Positions 37,196-47,271 of a stretch of 64,000 nucleotides of DNA are shown here, piece by piece (the stretch's first letter is position 1; each line of letters begins with the position of its first letter). Both the position numbers and the translations under genes were made by a program. The notes under the pieces were generated by a model that saw only the letters and a list, made by a program, of their open reading frames with translations, was not told the origin of the DNA and ran no database searches. Source of the DNA: Candidatus Poseidoniaceae archaeon (GTDB taxonomy: Archaea; Thermoplasmatota; Poseidoniia; Poseidoniales; Poseidoniaceae); contig JAOMOG010000005.1 in NCBI GenBank assembly GCA_028353405.1, positions 13,763 to 77,762 of the forward strand, in the 5' to 3' direction.

Positions 37196-38200
37196 TTAGT
37201 TGATTGATGTGAACATTTCATCAGGCATTTGCTGAGCCAGTGCTAGAGCACCAGTTGCAACCTTGTCAATTGGTTCTTCAACACACCAGACATTTACATC
37301 ACCGATATCGGAGATTTCGTCAGCAACACGAGCTGCTAATCCTTCGATTAGAGAGCCGCCACCAGAGATGATGACATTGTTACGAAGAACTGGTTGATAT
37401 TCAGGGTCTGCACCAGCAACGATTTGCTTGATACCGTTTCCAATCTTTGGAATAATTGATTCACATGCCTCTTGAACTAGGTCTCCAATGTCTACCACTT
37501 GCTTCTTACCTTCAACTGAAAGTTCAACAATTGCTTCACGAGTGTCTCCACCTACATAGGAAACTTCCTCTTTCCAACGGCGAACCATATCCTTGGTTAC
37601 TTGAGCGCCAGTGTACTTCTTTCGGATCAGTTCCATTAGTGCCTCATCCAACCAATCTCCAGCTTCTTGAAGAGTAATTTGGTCTTCTTCGGTTGGGAAT
37701 GTTCCGTAAATACGTGCGATGTCAGTTGTTCCAGCGCCAATATCTACTACGATAGAACTAGCGATTTCTTCAATTCCGAATGCTGTAGCGAATGGCTCAG
37801 TAACTACCATTATGGCATTTACTTGTCCACGAAGTGTTGCAACTAGGTTGGACTTGTCAGTGAATGAAACGTGAGATGGTGAGCAAATTACTCCGAAAAC
37901 CTCATCGAATTCTTCAGGATCTACTGTTTCCAGTAGGTGAGAAACAAACGCCTTTGCAGCAGCAAGGTTTGCATCATCATCTTGAGCAACTCCAGCAGCC
38001 ATTGGGCGGTATATATTACAGGCCAACTTGTTTTTCAAAGCATCATTACCGAAAAGAACATCTCGCCCGAGGAAGTTACGAGCAATAGGGTCCTTCGGTC
38101 GTCCAACAACAGTTTCAATTGTATGGCTTGCACCAGCACTTGACGCGATTGTTGATTGGTATGTTCCCAAATCTATTCCTACGTAGAGTCTTTCTCCCAT
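37196..38200 (-). CDS. actin-fold ATPase, MamK/Alp-like filament protein
   Basis: Phosphate-1 YVGIDLGTYQS, phosphate-2 VVDIGAGTTDI, adenosine ISGGGSLIEGL. VVGRPKDPIARNFLG resembles the MamK VVGYPKD region. A GGTGA Shine-Dalgarno-like motif lies 5 nt upstream of ATG 38200. Confidence 0.7.
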   Translation of the reverse strand: MGERLYVGIDLGTYQSTIASSAGASHTIETVVGRPKDPIARNFLGRDVLFGNDALKNKLACNIYRPMAAGVAQDDDANLAAAKAFVSHLLETVDPEEFDEVFGVICSPSHVSFTDKSNLVATLRGQVNAIMVVTEPFATAFGIEEIASSIVVDIGAGTTDIARIYGTFPTEEDQITLQEAGDWLDEALMELIRKKYTGAQVTKDMVRRWKEEVSYVGGDTREAIVELSVEGKKQVVDIGDLVQEACESIIPKIGNGIKQIVAGADPEYQPVLRNNVIISGGGSLIEGLAARVADEISDIGDVNVWCVEEPIDKVATGALALAQQMPDEMFTSIN

Positions 38201-38330
38201 TTTATTCACCTTCCGCGTTGCGGACAAACCGCCGAGGATGCCACTACCCTTCAAGGTTCACCTTCACTAAAAAGGGGTGATATCTGCATAAGTAAGCAAA
38301 AAAAGACCCTCAGTACAACGAAAATAAAAA

Positions 38331-41300
38331 CTATTCCCCATCACTTTCAACAGGAACCAGTTCTTTCTCAGTTATATCGGAAAAGGCCTCATTAAAATCT
38401 TCGCGAAGAAACTTCTTAGCGACTAATAACGCGCCAACTAAACCACCAATCAATCCTATAATTGCTAACATTAGAACTCGCTTTTGTTTAGCAATTTCTT
38501 CTTTATTTAAAATCAAAGAATTGTCATCATCTATTGAGGAGTTATCCCATAATGAAGTGAATACATTTTGACTGCTTTTTGTTATTAATTCATTATTCGC
38601 CTCTGGAGATTGGTTTGAACTTTGTACAAAGAATTCTAGGTACAACTGTTGTCCATTAATGTCGTATGAAGGGAGATCGGTTGGAATTACCCAGATACAA
38701 AAGAATTCATTTGAATCATCCCCTCTCACCCCCGCAACACATCGAACTAATTCCGAAGAACTCTCATTCGAATCATTATGTGTTATCATTATTTTAACAC
38801 CGGTCGTCAATTGGTCCTCATCACTGTCTTCTGCTAACCATCGTACCAACATCACATCTTCCCAAACACTGCCATTTTCTAATTCTGAGATGATAGTAAT
38901 TTGCGGAGTATTATCTATTGGCCTGCAACCATTTTCCATTACAGGCCAGCTACTGTTGAGTATTTCTGTATAGCAGAGATCTACATTATCCTTTACTGAA
39001 TCCGCATCCGAATCATCAACACACCCGTCCGAATCTAAATCGAAACCACTTGCATCCTCATCCCCACACAAGTCAATATCGTCAGTTATTGTGTCTCCAT
39101 CTGAATCATCAATACACCCGTCCGAATTCAAATCGAAACCACTTGCATCTTCAACCGGGCAGAGATCTAATACATTTTCAATACCATCGCCATCACTATC
39201 CACCCAACCGTCGTAATCTCTCTGCACTCCTTTAGCAGCGATAGAAAATCCATTTTGATCCCCATCAAGACCGACAGTTCCCGGTGAGTTTCCAGGCGAG
39301 ATATAGCGGGTGCGAACTTCAATTTCAATCCATTCAATTTCACTTAAGTCAACAGCATCCAAATGAATTTTCACAGTGGTTTCATTGCTTGATGGAAATG
39401 AATTGTTATTTGAGTAATTAACAACGCTTTCGTAAAATAAGGTATTAGCGCCATCAGTATTTGTTTTACCCGAGATAGCGACTTGCCCATTTGAGAGACG
39501 TACGACTAGTAACATGTCATCGACCAGATAAGGTTCTGGCGATGCAGGGAATGCCATTGTAACATCCAATGGTTGGTCTTGCTCTATTGAAAGCCGCTTT
39601 GTCCATACTTCTCCACTTGAAAGGAACGGGCCTACGGCCCCGTCTCCATTCCAGGGATTATTAGCTAAATTTTCCAATGGAGTAAGGTTTCCATTTCTTT
39701 GTGATAATAACTGCATAGGTTGTAATTGTTCTAAACGATAGGAATCGTGGATCCAAACATCACTAGCCGGAGAAACATTGCCCGCGGAAATCATATTTTC
39801 CAATTGTTCAAAATCAACTAATTGAGATAAATTTAGACGGCCAAACCCATCATATGGATTTCTCAAATCCTCTTCTCCATTTCCAGCGTTTCTTTCATCT
39901 AATGGCAAAGGAGTACTTGCAATCGCCATCAAAGCCCGTAACATCGGCCCAGAAGGAGTGAAGCCATCACCCAACATCAAATTGGAAGAATGATTCAGGG
40001 AACTATTGACCCATTGAGGGCGTAATTGATCGATAGAAATATCATTGGTGTTTTCCAGTGAACCACGAATCCACCCCTGTTCAACCATTTGCTGTATTAT
40101 GGCAGCAGTGCTTGCTGCCATCGGAGTAGCCATACTTGTGCCGCTTGATGAGCGCAAGTCATCATTGTAAGAATTATCAATGCCATCAGCCTTCGCCGAT
40201 AGAATTGATGTTCCAGTTGCGAGTGCGAAAATACCAGTTGTATCCGCTTGCAATGGGCCATGGGCGTTTGATGCCCAGCGTTGCGATTGATCATTTTTTA
40301 TTGAAGCCCCAATAGCAGCAACATTTCTAGCATTGGCGGGCTCTAAGACTTCACCACCACCATTGCCCGGGGCGATAAATGCAAGCGACCAAGGAAATTC
40401 CCTTCCCCATGCGTCAAAATCAGCTGAGCGAGCAGTATATTCAGCAGAATCATCACCCCACGAATCTGAATGAATCACCGCGCCATTAGTGGCCGCCTCA
40501 TACAATAACAAATCCACATCTGGAACGACCCACCCCTCACTTGATACAATATCTTGGAAGACTAGAGAACTGCCATGGGAAAGCGAAGAACCTGTAGTTG
40601 GAAGAGTCCCGTTTCTATAATCATAGACATCAAAGCAAGACAAAGTGCCAGCGACATGAGTTCCGTGCCGGTAATCACTATGCCCCTGAGTATCTCCCGA
40701 ATCTATTGTTTCATTGAGCAATAGTAGTTTGCGATGGTAGAGGCCGGCAGGAGCTTCAGCATCACCCCCATTTTCACCTTCGGAGCCGAACTGTGAAACT
40801 GCAGTTGCATTTCTAAAACAAGAATGATCTGCATCAAGGCCAGAATCAGCAACTCCAACAACGACGCCACTTCCATTCAGCCCCAACTCCCAAGCAGGGT
40901 TTTCAGAGAAGCCCCCATTTTGGTGAATAGATGCAGATTGTGTGTTTCGGGCAAAGGTTTCCAATAAAGGCTCAACCCAAAGCAAACCATCAACCGCTAG
41001 TAATTGGGAAAAGAATTGCGGGTCATCGTACGCCCATTTTACGATCATAACCTGAGGAATCGGACTTGATAAGAATAATTCTTCACCATCCATTTCGATT
41101 GAAAACAATGCCAATTGTTGAGATAACTGCTGTGCAGCCACATCGGGTAATCTCGGTTCAAAGACCAAGCGAAGCATGGTGTCGGTGGAAGGCTGCAAGC
41201 CATCTAAACCAGTCTTGTATTGTGCTTGCTTTGCCTCATTAGTTTCAATATTCAAATCTAAATTAATATCTTCGCCGCTACTCCATACCAATAGTGTTGT

Positions 41301-41546
41301 TGGGGAAATAATTCTCAAAGGGGTGAGTCCATTATTTTTCACCACATTCCAATTGTCCTGGGTCCAATATCCCTCATTAAGAATTATCTCAATTTCTTGC
41401 CCTTCTCCCATAGCGATAGGAGAGCCTGTGTTATCAGTTAGAAAGGCAGTGGAAAGCGGCATCAGCAATATCAGCAATAGTATAATCGCTGGCCGCATAA
41501 ACCTTGTCAAAACCTCAAACCATGTCAATCCCACGCCCATTTTCAA
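38331..41546 (-). CDS. subtilisin-like (S8) serine protease with Ca-binding repeats and C-terminal TM anchor
   Basis: Catalytic contexts VGVADSGLD (Asp), HGTHVAGT (His) and SGTSMATPMAA (Ser). DSDGDG/LNSDGC repeats. C-terminal TM LMLAIIGLIGGLVGALLVA. Confidence 0.8.
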   Translation of the reverse strand: MKMGVGLTWFEVLTRFMRPAIILLLILLMPLSTAFLTDNTGSPIAMGEGQEIEIILNEGYWTQDNWNVVKNNGLTPLRIISPTTLLVWSSGEDINLDLNIETNEAKQAQYKTGLDGLQPSTDTMLRLVFEPRLPDVAAQQLSQQLALFSIEMDGEELFLSSPIPQVMIVKWAYDDPQFFSQLLAVDGLLWVEPLLETFARNTQSASIHQNGGFSENPAWELGLNGSGVVVGVADSGLDADHSCFRNATAVSQFGSEGENGGDAEAPAGLYHRKLLLLNETIDSGDTQGHSDYRHGTHVAGTLSCFDVYDYRNGTLPTTGSSLSHGSSLVFQDIVSSEGWVVPDVDLLLYEAATNGAVIHSDSWGDDSAEYTARSADFDAWGREFPWSLAFIAPGNGGGEVLEPANARNVAAIGASIKNDQSQRWASNAHGPLQADTTGIFALATGTSILSAKADGIDNSYNDDLRSSSGTSMATPMAASTAAIIQQMVEQGWIRGSLENTNDISIDQLRPQWVNSSLNHSSNLMLGDGFTPSGPMLRALMAIASTPLPLDERNAGNGEEDLRNPYDGFGRLNLSQLVDFEQLENMISAGNVSPASDVWIHDSYRLEQLQPMQLLSQRNGNLTPLENLANNPWNGDGAVGPFLSSGEVWTKRLSIEQDQPLDVTMAFPASPEPYLVDDMLLVVRLSNGQVAISGKTNTDGANTLFYESVVNYSNNNSFPSSNETTVKIHLDAVDLSEIEWIEIEVRTRYISPGNSPGTVGLDGDQNGFSIAAKGVQRDYDGWVDSDGDGIENVLDLCPVEDASGFDLNSDGCIDDSDGDTITDDIDLCGDEDASGFDLDSDGCVDDSDADSVKDNVDLCYTEILNSSWPVMENGCRPIDNTPQITIISELENGSVWEDVMLVRWLAEDSDEDQLTTGVKIMITHNDSNESSSELVRCVAGVRGDDSNEFFCIWVIPTDLPSYDINGQQLYLEFFVQSSNQSPEANNELITKSSQNVFTSLWDNSSIDDDNSLILNKEEIAKQKRVLMLAIIGLIGGLVGALLVAKKFLREDFNEAFSDITEKELVPVESDGE

Positions 41547-41598
41547 TCATTTAGTCGCGCCATAGCGCTTAAGACGGGATTGCGAGTCGCCCCATTTG

Positions 41599-41865
41599 AT
41601 GAAGGCCTATCGAATTTCAGGAATCGCCCCTTTCGGACGCATGCGCCAAGGATTCTCAATTGATATAGCAGCAAACGATGAAGCAGATGCTGAACATCGC
41701 GCGTATTCAATTATGGGTTCACGCCACAAAGCAAATCGCCGTTCAATCACTATTGAATCAGTTGCAGAAATTGATCCAAGAACATCCAAGGAATCACGCA
41801 TTTTAGACCACTTCCGCGAGCAAATTGCAGCGGCAGGTGGACCAATCGCATCCGAAGAAGAGTGA
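41599..41865 (+). CDS. rplX: 50S ribosomal protein LX (eL20/L18Ae family)
   Basis: MKAYRISG...F...I.A.....A.......GS.HK..R..I.I matches the archaeal LX pattern. It holds the conserved position upstream of pfdA-ftsY. Confidence 0.65.
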   Translation: MKAYRISGIAPFGRMRQGFSIDIAANDEADAEHRAYSIMGSRHKANRRSITIESVAEIDPRTSKESRILDHFREQIAAAGGPIASEEE

Positions 41866-41922
41866 GGTTGTCCGGCCGCGCCGGTTTTTCAACCCCGGCG
41901 GTCTACGAGGGGATGAGCGAAG

Positions 41923-42504
41923 ATGGCAACGAGGGAAGAATTGCAAAATTTAGCTCGCATCGTCGAGGTAACTAAGGCTAGTTTTGACGAAGTAGAAAAG
42001 CAGATCGGCAAAGTCGAAGAAGTCATTAAAGAACATACTATCACTCTAGCAACACTCACCGAATTAGTTCAAGTTGGAACCAAGGGAAGTGCTGGCGCCC
42101 ATTTTTCAATTGGCTCAGGAGTAACACTTCCATACAAACACGAAGGGCAACAAGAAGGCTTAGCGATGGTTGATTTGGGCAGCGGTATCTTCGGAGAAAA
42201 ACCGTGGAGCCAAGCAATTGAAATTACCCAACAACGCAAAGACGACATCATACAACTGCGTAACGATTTACAGGTCCAAGCCCAAGCCCTAGAAGTGAAA
42301 GTCGGAGAGGCGGCAGAGCAATTTAATCAGGTGGCGATGGCCATTAAATCGCAGCCGAGTGAAAACAAATTACCTACCAAAGCCCCTGCCTTGGTTCCAA
42401 TAAAAGAACAGGATGTAGAGGAACAACAATCGGAACAAGTAACTCGTCGCAGTGGAAAACGCCGCGGTGGAATGTTTGGCAATGAATTGACACTAGATGA
42501 CTGA
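41923..42504 (+). CDS. pfdA: prefoldin alpha subunit with C-terminal extension
   Basis: Coiled coil, then a two beta-hairpin core (HFSIGSGVTLPYK...AMVDLGSGIFGEK), then coiled coil. Conserved neighbourhood with LX and FtsY. Confidence 0.6.
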   Translation: MATREELQNLARIVEVTKASFDEVEKQIGKVEEVIKEHTITLATLTELVQVGTKGSAGAHFSIGSGVTLPYKHEGQQEGLAMVDLGSGIFGEKPWSQAIEITQQRKDDIIQLRNDLQVQAQALEVKVGEAAEQFNQVAMAIKSQPSENKLPTKAPALVPIKEQDVEEQQSEQVTRRSGKRRGGMFGNELTLDD

Positions 42505-42513
42505 GGTATTTGC

Positions 42514-43914
42514 ATGGGATTATTTGATAGATTCAGAAAAGTAGCCGAGGTTACTGATACAGAGGCATTATCCGCCGCTGCAGAATCAGATGAAGCCCAG
42601 CAAGCCCTACAAAATGCACAGCAAACTCAAACACCACAACCGGAACCGGTTGAGGAAGTAACAAATCAACAAGATGATGACTGGGACGACCTCGAAGAAG
42701 AAGTTGTTAGTGAAACAAAAGATGAGGAAGATGACTGGGACGATTTCGATGAAGAAGAAGAGATCGCTCTACCAGTTGAATTGACCAAGGCTCAAAGGAA
42801 ATTACTTGAGCGAGAAAAAAAGGTTGCAGCAAAAGCCGAAAAAGCTCGACAAAAGCAAATCAAGAAGCGCGGTGGAGTTGAACAAGCACGCCCACAGGGT
42901 TCACGTGTTGATTTGTCTATGATGAGAACTACGACTGGGAGAAAACTGGTCAGTGTCGAATCAGCACCAAAGGGCTCTTCCAAGTCAGCAATCATCGAAA
43001 CAGAATTCGGCGGTAAAGTCGAAGTTGAACTCGGTGGCGGTGTAGTTGAGCAAGGTGGAAGAGTAATCAAATCAGGAGATGGCCTTGATACCCTACTAGA
43101 GGAATTAGAGTGGGTATTACTAGAGTCTGATATTTCATCGGATGCAGTTTCGGCGGTAATAGATGCTTTGCGCAACACATTGGTAGGGGCGAGATTACGC
43201 AAAGGAGCAGACCTTTCCAAGGTCCTTGAAGCATCTCTTAAACGCGCTCTAAACAATTTACTTTCAGCTGGTTATTGGGATTTCGATGCTACGGTCCAAT
43301 CCTATGTGGACAAGGGAGATTTACCAGTCGTCATAATGATGGTTGGGGTAAATGGAACTGGAAAAACAACTACGGCAGCAAAGATTGCTCACAGATTACA
43401 ATCCCGAGGCCTATCTGTTATTGCAGCAGCAGGGGACACCTTTAGGGCAGGAGCAATCCAACAATTAGAATCACATTGTGAAACCCTGGGGATCCGTTGT
43501 ATCTCCAGCCAACGCGGCGGTGATGCTGCTGCGGTTATCCGAGACGCCATAGATTCTGCAAAGGCAAAAAACATCGACGTCGTATTGGTTGATACAGCAG
43601 GAAGAATGCACAATAAAACAAATTTAATGAAAGAATTGAACAAAGTTAGGAGAATTGCAAATCCTCATTTGACTCTATTCGTAGGTGATGCTTTGGCAGG
43701 TAATGATGCAGTTGATCAAGCCAAGATGTTCCAAGAAATAATGAAGTTTGATGGCGCAGTATTAACAAAAATGGATACTGATGCCAAAGGTGGAGCAGGA
43801 CTTTCTATCGCCTTCGCAACAGGACGACCAATCGTTTTCGCAGGCACTGGACAAGGTTATGATGACCTATTACAATTTGAACCAACTTGGCTTCTTGACC
43901 AGTTATTTGAATGA
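42514..43914 (+). CDS. ftsY: signal recognition particle receptor FtsY
   Basis: Acidic N-terminal region. SRP-GTPase motifs GVNGTGKTTTAAKIA, DTAGR and TKMDTDAKGG. Confidence 0.9.
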   Translation: MGLFDRFRKVAEVTDTEALSAAAESDEAQQALQNAQQTQTPQPEPVEEVTNQQDDDWDDLEEEVVSETKDEEDDWDDFDEEEEIALPVELTKAQRKLLEREKKVAAKAEKARQKQIKKRGGVEQARPQGSRVDLSMMRTTTGRKLVSVESAPKGSSKSAIIETEFGGKVEVELGGGVVEQGGRVIKSGDGLDTLLEELEWVLLESDISSDAVSAVIDALRNTLVGARLRKGADLSKVLEASLKRALNNLLSAGYWDFDATVQSYVDKGDLPVVIMMVGVNGTGKTTTAAKIAHRLQSRGLSVIAAAGDTFRAGAIQQLESHCETLGIRCISSQRGGDAAAVIRDAIDSAKAKNIDVVLVDTAGRMHNKTNLMKELNKVRRIANPHLTLFVGDALAGNDAVDQAKMFQEIMKFDGAVLTKMDTDAKGGAGLSIAFATGRPIVFAGTGQGYDDLLQFEPTWLLDQLFE

Positions 43915-43970
43915 ATAATTGAATCACAAAAAGCGATGAGGACAAAAACCTCCTATGCAAAGGAGTAATC

Positions 43971-44348
43971 ATGGCGGAGATATTTCACGACGACGAAACG
44001 GCTCGATTTTTTCAATTAGTGCATCTATTCCAACGCTCAGCACTATTGCAAATGGGTCAATTACCAGATACGGAAGGTAATGTACATTACAATATGTCTG
44101 AGGCTAAAGAGGCCATTGACTTACTGACAATGTTGCAGAAGAAGACGAAAGGAAATCTCCAACCAGTTGAAACATCATTGTTGAATGGGATAGTTTCGGA
44201 ACTACAATTACAATTTATGAAAGCACCAGCACTCTACAGGAAAATGCAAGAAGAAAAAAATCAATCGGAAGCGATGAGAGACACATTTGCAAATCCCCAA
44301 CAAGGGCCGGTGGAAGATTTGAGCGGGTCGCAAGAAGAAGAGGAATGA
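43971..44348 (+). CDS. DUF1844-like small protein
   Basis: FFQLVHLFQRSALLQMGQLPD...AKEAIDLLTMLQKKTKGNL matches my recollection of the DUF1844 signature (KTKGNL). Confidence 0.45.
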   Translation: MAEIFHDDETARFFQLVHLFQRSALLQMGQLPDTEGNVHYNMSEAKEAIDLLTMLQKKTKGNLQPVETSLLNGIVSELQLQFMKAPALYRKMQEEKNQSEAMRDTFANPQQGPVEDLSGSQEEEE

Positions 44349-44396
44349 ACAATTTTCATCGCATGTTTGATGTGCAAGAATGGTGGCGTGAGTAAT

Positions 44397-45101
44397 ATGG
44401 CGTATGTGACCGAGGCAGAGGGAGAATCAACTCCGACCGTCCTTATCGTCGATAATAACCCAATGTCGATTACCAGATTGAGCAATATTTTCAAGGTCAA
44501 AGAATTCAAAATTGAAATCTGCGAAGATGGCGATAAAGCGGTTGATGAATACATTAGGTTAGACCCAGAATTAGTGGTTTTATCTCTAGACATACCATCA
44601 TTGGATGGCCACTTAGCCGCTTTGGAAATTAGAGAGCATGGTGGCGAAGGGAGGATCATATTTGTTGCACCAAAGCACCAAGCGCAATTAGCAGCTGATG
44701 CAGCATATTCAGCAGGAGCGGTAGCATGGCTTCAAAAACCAGTCATCACAGCAGATTTGGATAAGATTTGGGAAACCGTTCTCGGACCAATTCCCGAAGC
44801 ACCAGGATTAGCAGATTTGGATAGTTTATACCCCGAAGATCGCATCAAGCCAGAAGAAGATTCTGGGCCAATGCCTTTGCCAGGATTACCACCTCTGCCA
44901 ATGCCAAACCAAGATGGAACATTGCCAGCTTTGACATTACCTCCATTAGAAATGCCATTATTGGTGGTCGAAGAGGCTGCCAACAAGCCAAAACGCAAGA
45001 TAAAGGGCCTGAAGAAAATGCTATTGTTGATAGTGCTATTAGCAGGTGCTGGTGGCTATTGGTATTATCAAACAATTATGATGAACTCGCCGCTCTTTTG
45101 A
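44397..45101 (+). CDS. response-regulator receiver (REC) domain protein with Pro-rich linker and C-terminal TM helix
   Basis: TVLIVDNNP...VVLSLDIPSLDG...AWLQKP is a CheY-like pattern with the phospho-acceptor Asp in LSLD. C-terminal LLLIVLLAGAGGYWYY is a TM helix. No output domain. Confidence 0.55.
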   Translation: MAYVTEAEGESTPTVLIVDNNPMSITRLSNIFKVKEFKIEICEDGDKAVDEYIRLDPELVVLSLDIPSLDGHLAALEIREHGGEGRIIFVAPKHQAQLAADAAYSAGAVAWLQKPVITADLDKIWETVLGPIPEAPGLADLDSLYPEDRIKPEEDSGPMPLPGLPPLPMPNQDGTLPALTLPPLEMPLLVVEEAANKPKRKIKGLKKMLLLIVLLAGAGGYWYYQTIMMNSPLF

Positions 45102-45107
45102 CCTCAG

Positions 45108-46100
45108 TCAAGGAATTCTTTTGTCCATTACAGTTTTCCATAGCGGTGGAATAACGGCTAACCAAAAACACACATAGTAGCCAAAGGGTAGTTGTGGAGA
45201 CCCTTCCTGAGCGCGCAGATTCCACATTGGGTCACTGGCTTTTAGATGATGCGCGGGATGTAGAGGCAACTCCAATAAAGTCCACCGAGACCACAGTTTT
45301 CTGCTTTCCCAAGAATGCGCAAGCGTTTGTTTTTCTCCAACCACTGCGCGAAGACCATAGTGTTGTAAATAATTGACAAACTCTAGTAAAATTATTGCAA
45401 CTGTGGCAGAAAGTAAGAAGGCTAATACTGCATCAAGACCAAGCCCATAGTAAAGTCCTATAACAAAGGAAATTTGAATCATCAAACCATGCAATATTGG
45501 GTTTTTCATTCCCTTACGTCCCTTATCCGAATGGGTTTTCCATGCCGCAATAAACTGAAGGGGGATCGTTTTGATAATTTGAGTCCACAACCCTCTGCCT
45601 TTAGGAGAAGAAGCAGGGTCCAATTCTGTCGCATAATTACGGTGATGGCCATGGTTATGTTCGGTTGTAAAATGCATATACATCACCCACAACAAATTGA
45701 GCCGCCCCATTCGCCAAATCAGTGACCCCTTTCTTCGATGTCCCTGCTCATGTGCATTGATAATCGCTGAAATACCACTGACAAGTCCAACCGATATTGC
45801 ACCTACAATTGTTGTAATGATCAAACCGTCTAATTGCGCTCGGTACATTAGGGCAGCTAATGCTGAAACCGCGGCAATACTATGGCCGAAAAGTAAGATG
45901 TTCCATGGGACAGAAGAAGCTTCGCTCTTTCGACTCGGCGTGCCCTCGGGAGATAACAGGTCCAAGATCGGACCAATAATCAACCCCCAAATTATTCCAC
46001 TCGCAGACCACCATCCGCCTTGTAATAATCCAGCGATTGTTACAATTGGTAATATGAATCCGAGCAGATGAGGTTTCCAACTCTCAATCCGCTCCTCCAT
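45108..46100 (-). CDS. AlkB-like membrane di-iron hydroxylase / desaturase family protein
   Basis: His boxes HEQGHRR, EHNHGHH and LQHYGL with TM segments. The layout is that of alkane-1-monooxygenase-type enzymes. Confidence 0.65.
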   Translation of the reverse strand: MEERIESWKPHLLGFILPIVTIAGLLQGGWWSASGIIWGLIIGPILDLLSPEGTPSRKSEASSVPWNILLFGHSIAAVSALAALMYRAQLDGLIITTIVGAISVGLVSGISAIINAHEQGHRRKGSLIWRMGRLNLLWVMYMHFTTEHNHGHHRNYATELDPASSPKGRGLWTQIIKTIPLQFIAAWKTHSDKGRKGMKNPILHGLMIQISFVIGLYYGLGLDAVLAFLLSATVAIILLEFVNYLQHYGLRAVVGEKQTLAHSWESRKLWSRWTLLELPLHPAHHLKASDPMWNLRAQEGSPQLPFGYYVCFWLAVIPPLWKTVMDKRIP

Positions 46101-46148
46101 GAACCAACCAAGCGAGCATTTGTATTCAACATGAAGGTTGAAATGGAA

Positions 46149-46376
46149 TCAATACTTTCTTTGTTGAGAATAAACCAATGTTACATCATCGTAAATTTGT
46201 GTACCAGGGGGTCCCTGAGTAATACGCTTAATTTTAACTCCCGAATCACTGAGAATTGAAATATCTCCGCGTTGAATTTTTTTATTTATCGAGCGGTGAG
46301 ACCTAATCGCCCACCAAATAACGGCCAATGGCACCGCTAATGAGAGCATGATTAGAACAAAATCTGTAAGATTCAT
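46149..46376 (-). CDS. small single-TM protein, hypothetical
   Basis: 75-aa ORF with an N-terminal TM helix. Weak support. Confidence 0.25.
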   Translation of the reverse strand: MNLTDFVLIMLSLAVPLAVIWWAIRSHRSINKKIQRGDISILSDSGVKIKRITQGPPGTQIYDDVTLVYSQQRKY

Positions 46377-46424
46377 TTGGGCTCAGGTAATTGCAGTGTA
46401 TCCTAACAATTCAACGTTTGCAAT

Positions 46425-47261
46425 TCAGCGGTTTAGTAATGCATGCCAAGAAACCTCGGCATACTTTGCCGCTTGTTGTGACGGGTTATCCGCCATGTGA
46501 ATACCTGAGCCGACTATAATACAGTCTGAGCCAGCATTGATCGCTTGTGCAGGATCGCCATAGCGTTGACCCATTTCACCATCGCCAACCGCAAGGTTAA
46601 CTCCTGGAGTCCAGATCATTTTCGCCTCACCAACCGTCTTGCGCAACTCTCGCAATTCGTCTGGCCTAGAGCCATTGCCAATGAAACCAAATACTCCATC
46701 ATGTGTCTTTCCTTTCTCAACCACTTGAGCGGTATATTGAGGATTTAGTAAATTGCCCCGAGAAGACATTTGCGCTAATAACAAGACTCCGCCTTGCCTA
46801 TTGACATCAGCCCATCCAGCTTGAAGTCCATCAACGATATCAGGTCCAGAGATTAGATGGGCGGTGACTAAATCAGACCAAGAACGTATATCATAAACAC
46901 CGGCCATTTGATTCCGAGATATTTTTCCAATATCAGCGAACTTTCTATCTTCAAAAATTATCAAGTCAGCCGCTTCTGCCTTTGCACAGAACGCCGCCCA
47001 GGAATCAGCAGTCCAATCATCCACCAAGTCGACATGAGTTTTCAATGCTGCAATGTGCTGGCCGACTTCATCAATCAATTGATTGAGACCAGCCATGGTT
47101 GACCTATCGGCTGCCAAACAAACCAAACTTTGCTTACGGCAAGCCACTTCCATGTAGCGTCTAGCCATTGGCAAAGTGTTCTCCTGCCACCGCTTTCCCC
47201 ACACCTGTGGCGCTTCCATGATACAGGCCAGCGACTCTTTGTCCTCAATCCTTGCGGCCAA
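46425..47261 (-). CDS. pyrF: orotidine-5'-phosphate decarboxylase
   Basis: FEDRKFADIGK contains the catalytic Lys. LVCLAAD and IIVGSGI motifs. 278 aa. Confidence 0.8.
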   Translation of the reverse strand: MAARIEDKESLACIMEAPQVWGKRWQENTLPMARRYMEVACRKQSLVCLAADRSTMAGLNQLIDEVGQHIAALKTHVDLVDDWTADSWAAFCAKAEAADLIIFEDRKFADIGKISRNQMAGVYDIRSWSDLVTAHLISGPDIVDGLQAGWADVNRQGGVLLLAQMSSRGNLLNPQYTAQVVEKGKTHDGVFGFIGNGSRPDELRELRKTVGEAKMIWTPGVNLAVGDGEMGQRYGDPAQAINAGSDCIIVGSGIHMADNPSQQAAKYAEVSWHALLNR

Positions 47262-47271
47262 ATGACCTAGA

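Noticed and set aside
41866-41922. CCGGC-CGC-GCCGG hairpin followed by TTTTT after the LX gene as a terminator
   Set aside because: The stem is short (5 bp), and the conserved LX-pfdA-ftsY cluster is probably co-transcribed. It is too weak to call.
42792-43256. 154-aa antisense ORF inside ftsY
   Set aside because: It is embedded opposite a canonical SRP-GTPase gene and is Ser/Pro/Arg-rich low complexity.
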